Positions 49,275 through 62,963 are shown, numbered from the stretch's first letter. The stretch is 64,000 bases of DNA from Chlorokybus atmophyticus (GCA_009103225.1 RHPI01000560.1:788524-852523), one strand, 5' to 3'. Made by a program: numbers and translations. The notes: generated by a model not told the origin, from the letters alone.

Positions 49275-51180
49275 GCCGTAAAAGCACACGACGCCAACAT
49301 GAGTCGCCGATTTCGCGACCCATGGCTAAACGCTGAAAAGCAGTCAGGGCCATTTGCGTGACTACATATGCGCAGAAAAGATCGTAATGGGTAAAGCAAG
49401 CAAACATAGCAACATAACCATTGGTAATGGGAAGATTACTAAACACATCTGTTGGACTGAGCATAGTGTAGCATGTAAGGTGTGGGTGCGCACGCCAAGC
49501 GGAAACTCTTTTGCCAAATGGCCGCACGCCAAGCTGCATAGCGCCTCCTCCTATATAAAAGAAGGAGTGGGCAGTTCGTGCATGCAAGGTCACACATGCC
49601 GTGTTCTCATGCAAACTAGCAGCAGTAGAACAACTCACCAATGCGACCACCGGGCTTAACGCACCTGCTGTCTACCATGCCTACATAATCCTACTACTAT
49701 TGCCCCCTTCTTAGTCATGCAGGCAGGTATGCATGCACGGCAAGGTCAAGCACCTACACATGCGTTTTGTGTTCAGTGGCCCAACCACAACACCTGTCAG
49801 ACGGCTGCAGATGTGCACTTTAAGCTACTAAGAAGTGCACACCATCCCAAAGGCGCACGTGCATGCATTGAAACGGCCAGTCCAGGCTGCGGGCTATGCG
49901 TGCCCATGAAAGGTAGCGGTTGGTTCAAACCTTACGGCCTGCACACGAGGGAAGGGGGCGCAAGTTCAGCAAGAACAACAGTATGAACCGCTCAGCACAA
50001 CCTCACGCAACGCCGCCGCCGGTGGCAACCTCCACGACAGACGCGACCGCGGGGTTTATTGGCGGTTCACCACAGTATACTGTTGTACGATTAGGGCAAG
50101 ACACATGCCGCAGGCTAGCGCTCAGTCTGTGGCATGTGTGGCATTCAACAGTTGGTTAAATGTGATTAAACTTGGCAGGCCTTTTAACACGCGCTGATGT
50201 GCGATTGTGGACCACCGGCAAACAACAGCAGTCAGTGATGTGACCAAAAACGTTGCATCTCATGGTGAGATTCTCACTAAGCACCCATGAACATATGGTT
50301 GAGCTTATATAATGCCAGCGTGCCATACACAACTGCTGTTGTTGTGTTTAGCATCCATTATCCTGCTTGTAGTTTGATGTGCCAACTATTGCACTCTGAT
50401 CAGCTGACAATGCACATGCAGAATGGACACCAGGTCCAACATTACAGTCTCATTCACGATTGATGAACATACAAGCGCAAGCACCATGTCATTGCCCTCC
50501 ATTGCCAACACGCAGCACAATATGACAGCCACGGATTGGAGGCGCTGTCTGCGTTGTACACGGGCGCAGTGACAGCAAAAAGAGCCAATTGTGAAGGGTG
50601 ATAACGGGTGTCATTGCTTTCTGGAGTAATACCATGCACTGAGAGCATAACAGACTCCTGATGTGCCGGTGGTTATAGTTCACTACTTGCAAAATCACTA
50701 GGTGAGAGACGTTCACCGCTGAGGTCAACATCAGCAGCACTGATTACATACACGGGTCTGCTATTCGAGGTGGCTTCACCCATACAAAACTGTGCAATGA
50801 GCGACGTGCTAACCGCACCAGAATGCAATGATGCTGTAGCTGCAAGGCATTAGTGTTGACTCACAATTGATCTTGAGACCAGAAGGGCGTTTCACGCATC
50901 TGGCGATATGACAAGTAGCAGTTGCGACCACTGGTGTGCTGGCACATGATGCTCACTGCTTGCGTGTGCTGAAGAGCTTGCGCTGCTTTGGGGCGACTGG
51001 CTTTCATCTTCAAGTCTCACCGTTGACAGCTCTGCACTCCATGACCATTGCTTGGCGTACGGTAAGCAATCCCTCTCACTGCTTTCACCAATGGTAGATG
51101 GCACGGCACCCTGGAGGACAACCTTCCCATGCGGGCTGTCATGCTGTGCGTGCTTACAACACCCACAGAGCACGCGCGTC

Positions 51181-52327
51181 TCATCTGCGCTTTAGTTTGG
51201 CCGCCTCCTCTTCCGACAGCTCGTTGCTTCGCTCCGCGAATCCCGGTATGGGCGGCGTCCACGTGGCGGGGTGTCGACGCAGCGGGAAGGGCGAGACGTC
51301 CAAGGACAGCGCGGCCATGCGCAGAGAGTCCGTCGGCAGAGCAGCCAACGCCTCGCGCTTCAGACGAAGCTTCACGCTCTCGTCGCGATTGCGCGAACGC
51401 TGCTCAGCCATCTGCAAGAGCGCATCGCACTGGGGTGAGACAACACACGTCCGCACTGACCCCATTGCTGTGTTTGTGACTATCTCTGTGTGAGCAAAGT
51501 GAGTCCCATGGACCTTTGCGCACATGCGCATGCATGCGCGCGCACACCTCATGGACTTTGCTCCTGGCATCACACAACAATGCTGCAAGTTGTTAGGTCT
51601 AGGGCGAGAGGACAGGTAGGTGTGCATGCATGCGCACATAGCATTGGGTCAAACACGTCCATCACACAAGCAGCTGCTGTTGCTGCGGGTCTTAATGATA
51701 ATTTGCTCCGCAGCCAAGCAACTGTTGCGTGCATGCAGTACATTGAATGCAGCACAAACCATGCGCACTGAAATATCAGAAACATTTTTATGCAAACAAG
51801 AACTGTCGTCGCCATGATGATGATGATGATGACAGGATCATCGTCGTGGCTGGCACATATGCATGTGTGTATCTGTGGTCAATGACGGTAGCCTCCTTGT
51901 CAAAACAGTCACACAGGCAAAACGAAATCAACCAGAAATGGGGATGGAGCTGCGAAAGTAAAACAGACACCGCCGGATACAACTGTAAACACAAAGCGGC
52001 GACATCGTTAACCGCCCAATTCGGCTATCATGATGATCGTCCAAAGCAACAACAGTGACCGCACCAATTCATCCATCACGTAAGCGCCATCACCTTGAGC
52101 CTCGAGTATTCCTTTGCTTTCCGTGCATCCTCCTCCCTATGCGGTTGCGCGGGTGTGTACTTGGGTGCGGGCGTGAGCGCTTTCAGCAGGAGTGCCAGCG
52201 CGGCGTCCTCCGGGCTGCGACCTTTACCCTTACCCTTGCCCTTGCCAGACGCTGCAGCACCTCCGCCCGCCTTGGACGCGGCGGTGGCAAGCGCCCGCCC
52301 ACCACGGCGCAACAGCAGCAAACCCAT
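51181..52327 (-). CDS. MRPL40: Mitochondrial ribosomal protein mL40-like, 2 exons (52327-52094, 51411-51181)
   Basis: KAKEYSRLK|MAEQRSRNRDESVKLRLKREALAALPTDSLRMAALSLDVSPFPLRRHPATWTPPIPGF; N-terminal presequence-like segment. Confidence 0.8.
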
Positions 52328-52586
52328 GCGCCGCCCCTCACCTCAGTTCCAGGACAACGACAATGACTACCACGACGTTAATTTCTCTCGCGCATCACGA
52401 ACAGCAAGCACACCGCCGCCGTCCCCGTCGCCGCCGCCGCCGCCTAGGTGTGCTGCTTCTCCTGCAGTTGCCTGCAGAGCAATCCTGCGAGCGGCGGAGG
52501 CGAAAGCGAAGCGGCGGCCGCAAGAGAGAGCGAGAGAGAGGAGGAGCATTAGTTGTAGGAGTGGCGTGCTGTGGCTCCTCCTTGGC

Positions 52587-53534
52587 ATGGATGGGTTGAA
52601 CGGCGTCACGTCAACTGCGCAGGTGAGTGCGGCGTAGAGCGTTTCCTCTCTCTCTTAGGCTGTGTGCAATCTCTACTCCTTTTATTTGCTATCTGCAGTC
52701 TGTGCAGTCTCCGGTGACGATGATGTGATGCGGAAAGAACGCTTATGTTTCTGGGCCCGTGCTGTGTCATCACCACATTGCTGTTTGGCGACGCTCTGGT
52801 CGGGATGTTTATGTGTGTATAGCTGTTTGTGGAGTAGTGAGTTGATGAAAGCTTGCGCGTGAATTGATACAAGAGCAAAACAAACTAGTTGCATAGTCAC
52901 TGCTTAGCTTGATGCTCACAAGTCAATGACGACTGGCCCACTCACACCGCTGCTGAACCAGCCAGTGGGTAACCAACCACATGCATGGGCTTGCTTGTCG
53001 AAGCACGCGCACGCACGCACGCAAGCATGTCAATGCACAAGCAAGCTTGGTGCGAGTGCGAGTGTGAGTGCAATTGCCTTTCAGGCCGTGCGGGCGCTTG
53101 AGGCAGAGGTGGCGGCCCTGCGCAACGCACACAAGCTCATCTCCACGGAGCTCAGCTACCTCCAGGCAAGTGCATGCGCGCGTACCAGCGTCGTCGTGCA
53201 CATGCGCTATACCCTATATAACGTCATGGTGGTGGCGCAGAATGAGGAGCAGATGATCCTGCAGGCCGTACGCGAGGGGGAAGGGGAGGAGGCCTCCGCA
53301 CACCACCATGTCGAACCCCTCACCCTGCCACCTCAACTAGGCGAGGAACCCGACTGTCGCGAGGAGCAGGATGAGATTGAGGATGAGGGTGAGGATGAGG
53401 ATGTGGCGATGGAGCTGGAGCGTGGGCTGGAGATGGAGCAGCAGCAGCAGCAGCAAAGACAATGCGGCTCGGCAGTAGATGACGACAGTGGTCATGGGGC
53501 GGTGATGAGTGACGTGCATCAGCAGCCAGGATAG
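52587..53534 (+). CDS. Hypothetical small coiled-coil/acidic protein, multi-exon
   Basis: MDGLNGVTSTAQ|AVRALEAEVAALRNAHKLISTELSYLQ|NEEQMILQ... with canonical splice sites. Confidence 0.55.
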
Positions 53535-54343
53535 GTGACCAAGCGAGTTGGTGTTTGGTTTGTTCCTTGTCACAGTGGTCATTGCGTAATGACACTTGTA
53601 CGTTGGTACACATGTTGGTAGTGTTAAACTATTGCGCAGGGTTACAAGCCAGTATGTAATGTAACTTGAACCGCAACGTAACGGCATGCAAACTGTGCTG
53701 AGTGAATCTGCTGCCTATTGAGATGGTCAACATATGTACCCAATGCGTGAAGCTGCTCCTGGGAAAGGGAGCCGCGCGAATAGTTTGCAGTCACGCATGT
53801 CGCAATTTGCAGCTCGTAAGCTGCTTGTGCATGGCAGAAGCCCACGTAATGAAGCCTTCAGGCGGTATCGGAGCCTCCTGAACATGGCTTTCTTCGCAAA
53901 GCGTAATGACCAAGATGTGCTCGTCTGCTCGCTTGTTTCCAGCTGCGCGCGCCTTTGTTGGACGGAATAGTTCTTCACCAGACTGTATGAGAGGACGCAC
54001 ACTGCACACTGGCATGGCACCTCACCAACCGCGCAGCAACAACAAACAAGCTGTGTCACGAATGAGCCTCATAAGGAACGCACAACATGGTATAAACTGA
54101 ACAATGTCAAACACACAAACTACATGTATGGGCGCAAGCTGAGACAAATGCAGGCCTCAATGAAACCCAGCAAGAAAGCCTTGAAGCTACACTGCTGTGC
54201 TGAGGCAGCGCTCCCCGTTCACCTGAGTATGCTCATGAACAGGAAAGTGAAGCACCTGGAAGTTGTTTTCAAGTCAATGCACCTAACCCCAAACAACAGA
54301 AAATCTCCCCACAACTCATTAACATGTACAAAACTGCGTGCCC

Positions 54344-55826
54344 TTATGACTGCGCGTTAGCACTATTCTCGTACTCGGCAATGGCCTCGGGAGCGATGTT
54401 GGCGGCATCTTCCCAGCTGTCTTCTGCGTCATCGGTCCATTGCACGAGGTACTCCACCGTGTCTCCGTCAATGCGCTTGTTCAGGACCTTGGCGACCTCC
54501 CCATACTCCAACCCGTCCTCAAAATCCCTAATGATAGCCTCATCGATGCTGGATGCGGGCTCCCAGCTGTCTTCAGATCCATCGCTCCATCGCACGAGAT
54601 ACTCCACTTCAGTCTTGCTGTTGTCCCCCTCCTTTTTTTCCCCCTCCTCCTCTCCCACCCTCTTGTCCAGTATGGCGGTGACCTCCACCTCCTCGAACAC
54701 GGCCTCATCAAGCAGCCTGACCACCTCTGCTAGCGCCATTCGCTTGGCAAACTGCAGCGGGTTGTCTTTGGGCAATCTATCCAACAAACCCTGCGCAAGA
54801 TCAAGCGCTGATCTTCCCGCCACATCCGCGAGCTCGGGGTCGGCACCAGCAGCTAAAAGCTCTGTCACTGCGCCCGTGTGGACGTAGCCGGCGGCGATGT
54901 GGAGAGGGGTGTAGCCGTCCTTGTCTTGCACAGAGACGTCCGCGCCGGCATCGAGCAAAGCGCGAACGCAGTCCTTGGAGCCAATGCCGGAAGCGTAGTG
55001 CAAGGCGGTGCGGCCGTTGGCGTCGCGCTTGTCAACGAGACGACCCTCGGAAAGACGCTCTTGCAATGCAGAGAAATCACCTTGCTTGGAAACCTGTAGA
55101 TTGGAAAACACATGCGTAAACATGGCGCATAAGCCTGACGGGGAACGACGATGATGGCATGCATGCGTGCGTGCATGCAGATTGTTAAACAGAGGTTAAC
55201 TACTACTACTACTACTACTACTCACCGGCCACCATGCTTCTTCAAATGCGTCGATGACGTTGGGTGCGATGTTTTCTGCTGGTTCCCAGCTGTCTGGATG
55301 GTCGTCCTCCCACTTGATCAGGTACTCCACCCGGCCCTCATCCTCCGTGATGCGCGTCGCAACGATCTTGTCCACCTTGCCAACCTCCTCAACCTCCGAC
55401 TGCAGCACGCACAAAGAGTGCCGTACAAACTGTGAAACCATGCTTCAAACACAGCGAGGGAGGACTGCGACACTACACACAAACACACCTTACTTGCATG
55501 GAGGAGGGAGATTCCTGCTGCTCCTGCTGCTGCTCCTCTGCCTCGGCGGTGGTGGGAGCGGCGGTGGCAAGAGGAGGAGGTAGCAGGGGTCGTCGTCGTG
55601 ATGACGTTTGCAGCGAACGGCGCAAAGAGGCGGGGGCAGAGGGGGAGGACGAGAGCGATAGGGAGGGTGTGCGGCGTGCACCTTGCAGGCCAGCCGCTTG
55701 CCGGAAGGCATGCTGTGACCTGCCAGCAGCAGAATGCCTGTTGCCGCCAGCAGCGCGGGCCGCTGATATCCGCGGCTGTGCAGTGAAGGTGGCTTGCATG
55801 GCAGGGGAGGCCATCGCGTTTGCCAT
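54344..55826 (-). CDS. cpSRP43: Chloroplast signal recognition particle 43 kDa (chromodomain 1, ankyrin repeats, chromodomains 2 and 3)
   Basis: Exons ~55826-55494, 55399-55226, 55093-54344. Transit peptide, VEYLIKWEDDHPDSWEP, GRTALHYASG/GYTPLHIAAGY ankyrins, two further EYLVxW chromodomains. Confidence 0.93.
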
Positions 55827-56447
55827 CCTCATGCAAGCAGGCAGGCAAGCTGGCAGCACCGTCCTCGCCCACCCCGCCAACAACACCGCCGCCGCCGCCG
55901 CCGGTTCCGCCCCAATGCAGATGACGGCACAAATGCACTTTAATCCGCAGCCAATCAGAGCACACCATCACCAGCCTCGATATCCGTCGACTGGTGTAAC
56001 ACCAGTAACTTCGCCGATTTCCGTATCTGTTCTGAAGCGCGGCAAAAACAAAGAAACAAACAAACGTCTATGCCGCGGAGGAGGAGGGTAAGAGATGAGG
56101 GGGAGAGACCCGGGGGAGAAGGAGTGTGCTCCCCAATGTACGAGAGAGCGGGCACAGGGTGGGCGCTATGCACAAGTGGACACGTCACGCACCAGGAGGC
56201 TGGTCTTTGGGTGAGAGTGAGATAAAGCCCAACGACAATTTTAAACAGCTTGTTGTAGAGAAGCTCGCGCTTATTGATCTCACATTGGGCATGCGTGAAG
56301 CAAGCGTGTTGTGGTACAACGTGCCATGCATTACCGTGACCACCGTTACATGTTGTTGTAGTTATGAGTGTATTACCTGTGTGCATGGGTCATCCAACCA
56401 TAATCTTCAGCCGACGTTTGAGAGATCGTTGCTTGCACGGCACAACT

Positions 56448-56937
56448 ATCGTCACACAAGCACACACCAATGGATGCACGCTAGCAACCCCTGCTAACCA
56501 CCACCAAGCTTGCACACCAGAAACTAAGGAGCTAAAGGTTGTATTGCACATTGTAGAATGTCGCTTTTATATCTACCAGTCTGCACATACTACTGTCTAG
56601 ACGATTCCCGTGCTACACAAAACTAGATGCTAAGATGTTATTGCATAACCTTGTAGTATACTTTTAGATCCTTTCTTATGCACCAAAGATCTCCTGATTA
56701 GGTGCTCATATGGTCAAGTTATACTACTTGGCGCCAGGCCCTTCCAGAAATCTGGTCGAGCCCTTCTTGACTGGCCCTCCGTTTTCTGGCACCTTCCGAC
56801 TGGTCTTGGGGCCCCGGTCGATATCCGCGGCAGCCTCATAACATCGCGGATGTCTGCCACAAGTCATGAATACGTGGTGCTCGAAAAATGGGCCAAAAAA
56901 GGTCTTATCATCATAAAACTTGGCCTCAACTGTTCCA
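56448..56937 (-). repeat. Partial LTR of Gypsy family B
   Basis: Collinear with 19655-20332; inverted relative to 58810-59476. Confidence 0.9.
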
Positions 56938-56939
56938 AT

Positions 56940-57340
56940 GTCCCACAACCATGGTATGACATTCCTCCCAACTCATTACCCATGGGTCGTCGCCATGACT
57001 TGCCCAAGTCACCTCTCGAGCTCGCCGCGACCTGCCCGCGGCAGCTGACCCTCGTGCCTGTCCCCAAGAAACCGGACCCTCGTCACTGCGCGCCGACTGC
57101 CGACGCGCATCAAATCGCGACCGCTCGACGGTCGTAGGTTCACGAGTCACCAACACTTCAATGGGTGCGACGCCGCGCAGTCGCTAATTTGCCAACTTTT
57201 GCCTTGGATCGAATTTCACGGCAACTAGTAGTTCTATCCCCCATGAGATTCGAACCTGTGCCGCTCATCTCCGTTACCACTGTAACATTGGCGCCTTAAC
57301 TACTAGGCTATGGCAGCAAGAGTCACTGCCATAAGAGGAG
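56940..57340 (-). mobile_element. LTR end + PBS + structured leader fragment of another LTR family, with tRNA-type A/B boxes
   Basis: Minus strand: TAGCCTAGTAGTTAAGGC...TGTTACA-G-TGGTAACGGAG...GGTTCGAATC. Same layout as 48789-49056. Confidence 0.55.
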
Positions 57341-57849
57341 CCATATGCCAGCTCGTGGAGGGTAGGTAGACGGGAACACCTACATCTCATTGCCTCATTG
57401 AGAATAAGATGCAAGTGAGTGAGCATCTATTGCTCAATTACAACTTGAACTGCTCGAGACGCAACAAACAGCTGCGGTAAATGTTTTTATGCATGCGCAG
57501 CAGATAAGACTCCAGCGTTAGCAATTGATGCATGCTAAAATCCAGCCACTGCCGGGCTGAGCTTACTGCTGTGGGTTCCTTTCTTTTTAACAACCATGCG
57601 ACGGTCATATGACACGAAACCGCAAGAGTGCGTCTCAGACACTTACTAAATAGCCCACACCCTCGTCTCATGCGTCTTCATACCCCGCGAGAAAAGCAAG
57701 CGGTGTTTGAGAAAAACACAACATTCAGTCATGAATCTCAAAGTGACACCATCGCATTACAAACACGTTTGGCTGAGCTAAATCATATCTACTTGTTCAC
57801 ACTTTTGCTGTTCATGGGGCTGTTCGAAACAGTCCCACGAGCACAAAAC

Positions 57850-59476
57850 TAAGATATAAGGCATGGTCAAATAGAGGCAGCAAGCTTGTTTATAAAGCAT
57901 GTCTTTCGTTCCCACAGACTACCACGAAGCATTGTGAGCGATCGTGATCCCTGCTTTACAAGAAAGTTTTGGGAGGCGCTGCACAGTGCACTAGGTACTA
58001 CCTTACAGTTTAGAACGGCTTTCCACCCACACATTGATGGCCAAACATAGCGAGCCAACCGTATAATTGAAGATATGTTGCGCTGCTACGTGAATGCACG
58101 CGAAGACAATTGGGTGGAGTTGCTGAAAGTGGCGGAGTTTGTGCCATCAACAACCACACCAATGCAAGCACGGGTGTCACCCCCTTTCTCATCAACTACG
58201 GCCAACACCCGCTTACACCGCTGACGACGTGAACATCGCGACGAAGTGACATTGATATGGAAGCAGTAAGCGATTTTGCAACGTGTGCGGACATCAACAA
58301 GGCAGAGAGGCGCTATTGGTGGCACAAAATAGGCAGAAACGGTACGCAGATGCGCATCGCCGATATGTCACATTTCGAGAAGACGACATGGTATTGCTTT
58401 CTGCTGATCCTGGCTGGAATTTGCAAGTTGAGTGAGCGCTGGCTTGGGCCATTTTTAGTGGTTTCGGACGTGGCGTACAAGTTGCAACTGCCCGACTCTA
58501 TGCACATCCACCCTGTCTTTCACATATCCCTGTTGAAATCATATCGAGGAGAGCCACCATCGCGTCCACCGCTTGATTTGGCTACGGAAGGTCATATGAA
58601 ATACGAAGTGAAGGACAGATTGGGTGAAAAGATGGTGCGCAACGTGCGCAAATATCTGATGAAGTGAAAAGGCTACCTAATGCATGAAGCCACTTGAGAA
58701 CCGGAGGAGCATTTGGCAAATGCACAACATATCCTGCAACAGTATTTGCAACGACGACCAAAGAAACTTCGAGAGCATTGAAGACAAAGCTCACTTAGGG
58801 GGGTAGGAGTGTAACAGTCGAGGCCAAGTTTCATGATTTTAAGACCTTTTTCGGCCCAGTCTTCGAGCACCACGTTTCATGACTTGTGGCAGACATCGGC
58901 GAGTTATGAGGCTGCCGCGGATATCGATCGGGGCCACAGGACCAGTTCGGAAGGTGCCAGAAAACGGAGGGCCAGTCGAGAAGGGCTCGACCAGATTTTC
59001 GGAAGAGCCTGGCGCCAAGTAGTATAACTTGACCATATGAGCACCTAATCAGGAGATCTTTGGTGCATAAGAAAGGATCTAAAAGTATACTACAAGGTTA
59101 TGCAATAACATCTTAGCATCTAGTTTTGTGTAGCACGGAAATCGTCTAAACAGTAGTATGTGCCTGGTAGGTATAAAAGCGACATTTTACAATGTGCAAT
59201 ACAACCTTTAGCTCCCTAGTTTCTGGTGTGCAAGCTTGGTGGTGGTTAGCAGGGGTTGCTAGCGTGTGTCCACTGGTGTGTGCTTGCTTGTATGAGGATC
59301 CAAGGCGCTACACAAGTCGGTGTGTAGCTTCGAGCGCGTGCGCGTGCGTATGCGAGTGGCGGGGCGCGCATGTGTGCTTGGCAGAGGGGGCAAGGTTCCG
59401 GTGTGACTACTGTGCCTTAGTGAGAGGGTTGTTGATTGGACCAACTCACAGGTAACAAGGCACGAGCATTGTCACA
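57850..59476 (+). mobile_element. 3' part of a Gypsy B chromovirus: integrase C-terminal half, chromodomain, PPT, 3' LTR (58810-59476)
   Basis: IVSDRDPCF...[41 protein letters not shown]...YLMK*KGY; PPT ~58795-58809; LTR TGTAACA...TGTCACA. Confidence 0.9.
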
Positions 59477-60270
59477 GCAGCAATGCACAATGCGTGGGCA
59501 AGTTGTTTAACAATATGCAAGATTGCAACATCGTTCACTGTATTCTTATGTATGGTTGTGCAACGAGGGGTGCTTAGGACTCTTCTCAGAGACAAGTACT
59601 ATTGGGGTACGTCATGTATATCCACGTGGTGGCTGATGCTAGCGTTGTTATTAGTATATGCACAAAAAATGCACGCATGTGCATACGCCCGCGCGTTGAC
59701 AACCAAGGTGTGCATGTACCACATGTTGCGAAGTGTTTCCATGCATGGCATATTTGGCTTAGACTCTACCTGCTTCACCTACTACTAGTAGGTGAAGCAA
59801 CGTTGAGTGATAGTATCACTCAGCGTTGGCTACACAACTGTACATTCCTGATGTGAAGTGACCCTTTTTGCACTGTTCAGCATCTATTCTCTAACTACGC
59901 ATGCCACCTGCCTACAGATAGTACTCTGGTTTCATTCAAGCTACTGCGCATGGCAGGCCTTTAACAAAGTAACGATAGTCAGCAACCTAATTTAACAACC
60001 GCAAAATCACACCCAATGCAGGAACCACTTACTGGTTGTCAGCGAGAAGAACACGGGTGCGTAGTGTTTGAGCCTGCGGTCATACTCAATGTACAAGATG
60101 AGCTACTTGCCAACGTCGTTAAACAGGAGGCTGTTGCGGAGGGGGTTGAACATAAACACTTTGGGACCGGCACTGCCCCGAACACAAAATAGTGCATAAG
60201 GGCTTTGTTGGTTTAATGACATAACAATACCCACACACGAGGCACGGAGGGAGCCCAACTGGACATGCCA

Positions 60271-60291
60271 GCGAGAGCGAGAGCGCGAGAG

Positions 60292-60367
<76 letters not shown>
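60271..60367. repeat. (GA)n microsatellite ending at an N
   Basis: Directly visible. Confidence 0.95.
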
Positions 60368-60706
60368 NTTGACGAGTCTGGCGATGTTGAACTTTTTGCA
60401 CTGTCCCGGCGCGAACCACTCCTCCATTGGGGCAGACTGGTCCAACTTGCACTCGGTCAGCTGTCAACTTGCCATGCCTTATCGTCATCATATACCGGAG
60501 TCGAGCATGAATACAACAGTACGCCCGTCGTCGTCGCGTACGGGTGGTGGATTACACGCACTGCAAAGAGGACGTTTGAGTGAGCGATGCGATTAACATT
60601 GTTGAACTGAACGAGTTAACAGGCCAGCTTGTATTTGGTTGTGAGGCATATGCGTAACTGAGCAACTCATGAGTCAGCGTGTGACTCGCATACGTGTGCA
60701 TGATAC

Positions 60707-62802
60707 CTAACGCTGCAGCTCTATGCAACAATGTAGACATAAGCGTTGTAGCTTATGAATGTAAACTCTGTGAATGATAGTACTGCTTGCGTGCGCGTGC
60801 AACTCACTCAAGCTTCGGAATTTGTTGAGGGCGGGCCTTAGTGCCGCAAGGAAGGGTGCAGGTGTGCGTGTGCAGGTGAAGTCCTCCCCTCCGCAGGTGA
60901 TGATGTACGCCGCTCTGCGCGGCTTGTTGACCGCGATGCAGTCGTCCACCACCCACACGACGCTGTCCCCATACACCGCCGGGCGCTCGTGCGCTATCGC
61001 TGCGGCGCTGTTCGTCGCAGACCTCCAACTTGTTGTCCACGTGCCTGCACAGAGTGTGTGTTAGCGTGGGTGTGCAAGTGCGAGTGCACGTGCATGTTTG
61101 TGCGGGTGCACGAGAGTGAGCGTGCACACAGGAGACTGGTCTTAAGCGTCCACATGCAGTGATGTGACACCAGATCACACGCATGGGTGTGCGCAGGCAC
61201 GCACGGACACGCGCAGGCAGGTGCGTACTAGCGGGTTGTTGTTGCTGTTGTGCAGTTGGTGGTAGCTGGATTGCTTGCGGGGCGCACGCACGGCCTTGCA
61301 TGGCTGCTGCTGCAGCGTGGAAAAGTCGGCGTCGCAGCGGAAGGGACTTGCGTTGTGCGCAGCCGTTGACAATCACGTACTCCTAGCCGGTGCCATAGAC
61401 GTAGTCGGCGGTCGGGGTAGAAGCCAGCGGCGACCTGACAAAGAAGGAGGACTTCCCGCCCTGGAGTGTGGGCACGCAGTCTGCTTCCAGCTCGCCGGTG
61501 TCGGCGGACAGCGTGCACGCGAACTCGCCGTACCCGTACGGATCCTTCTCCCCTTTTTTAGTGCAGTCCGCGACCAGGTACAGCCGCCCCTATGCCAGAG
61601 ATGTCGTGCCGTTCATTTTCAGGGAGGTCACGATGCCAGGGTCTGCGCAACGCACGCACGCACGCACGCACGCAGCATCGGGGGAGTCAAGGCAAACACA
61701 CGCACAGCTAGACTTGGAAGAATGTGAGTCATAAAGACTCACTTCTGGATTCTAGGGCCTCGGCGATGTTGGCTGGCGATGGGACGCTCTTGCAGTTGCT
61801 GACATCGGTGATGGGGCAGCGCATGAGTTGTAAGTATGTGCATGGCGGGTAGTCGCACGCGTCATCTTCCAAGTCCAAATCGACAGTGAGGAACACGTAA
61901 TCCCCGAGCGCCTGAAAGCCGAAGCCGTTGGTGATCAGGTGTCCATCGATGTGGGCGAGACCATGGTTGACGCAGTTGCTGCCATCAGCATCGCACTACA
62001 GAATCCCAAACGTGTTGCCGATAATGTCACCGATCTTGGAGAACTCTTTGCCGTTGGCTGTGAAGACGGGAGCTGAGCAGGTGGGACAGCAGTGTGGGTG
62101 TGGGTGTGCGCGCACTTGTGCGCATGCGTGCATACATGCTTATGTGTGTGAGAGAGACAGAGAAAGACAGTACTTATGGGGTCGTTGAATGAGATGAAGT
62201 CCTGTGCGAAAAGGCGGTTTTTTACTACGGTTGGGGGATTGCTGGCACTGTTGCAACCTGTGGCGAATTACAGTGTCAGTGTTGATCTATCGAAGGCCTA
62301 CACAGTGTGGCGACCATAATCTGTCAACCATGCGGGTTTCAAACACAACAACAACAACAACAACAACAACGGAATTCACCTTGCATAAGCACGCTGACAC
62401 TGTGTTGGAAACATGTGTGCACATGACAGCCACACAACCCCAGCAGCGCAGTTGGCAGTTGCAGAGCGGCTGTGTGCCACTCTGCTTCAGTGAATGTGCC
62501 TGGCGCATTTGGTGTTGCAGGCAACACCGCGGCACGTATGCACGCACGCAGACACATGTACAGACAAAACCACAGCCACACTGCATCCTTGCACTCACAG
62601 AGAGCTACATACGCTTATGCTGCCCCGTCCTCTCTTAATAGCCCCNNNAATGTGTCATGTCATTTCTCTCTGTACACTGTGCCTCACCGAACAAGCTGAT
62701 GTCCAAGGGTGCGTCGGGGTCCCTGGCACCCGCATCTGCCGGACTCAGCCACAGCGGCAACGACAACGCCAGCAACTACAGAAACATACAACACCGCCCC
62801 AT
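60707..62802 (-). pseudogene. Multi-exon gene for a Cys-rich, signal-peptide-bearing protein with four in-frame TAG codons
   Basis: MGRCCMFL*LLALSLPLWLSPADA...|APVFTANGK...GIL*CDADGSNC...|NPGIV...SLA*GRLYL...GTG*EYVIV. Splice phases are mutually consistent. Possible frameshift near 61350. Confidence 0.6.
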
Positions 62803-62963
62803 ACTTGCTAGTGGACACCCCCAACCCCAACAACACCAGCCACAACCACACGAACGACAGCAGCGGCGGAATGTTGCAACCCGAGTGAGACGAAGACACA
62901 CGTTCTACCTCCTCCCAATTCCACCATAGACATGCTTCAAAAAATGAGCCGCTGGATAAGCCA

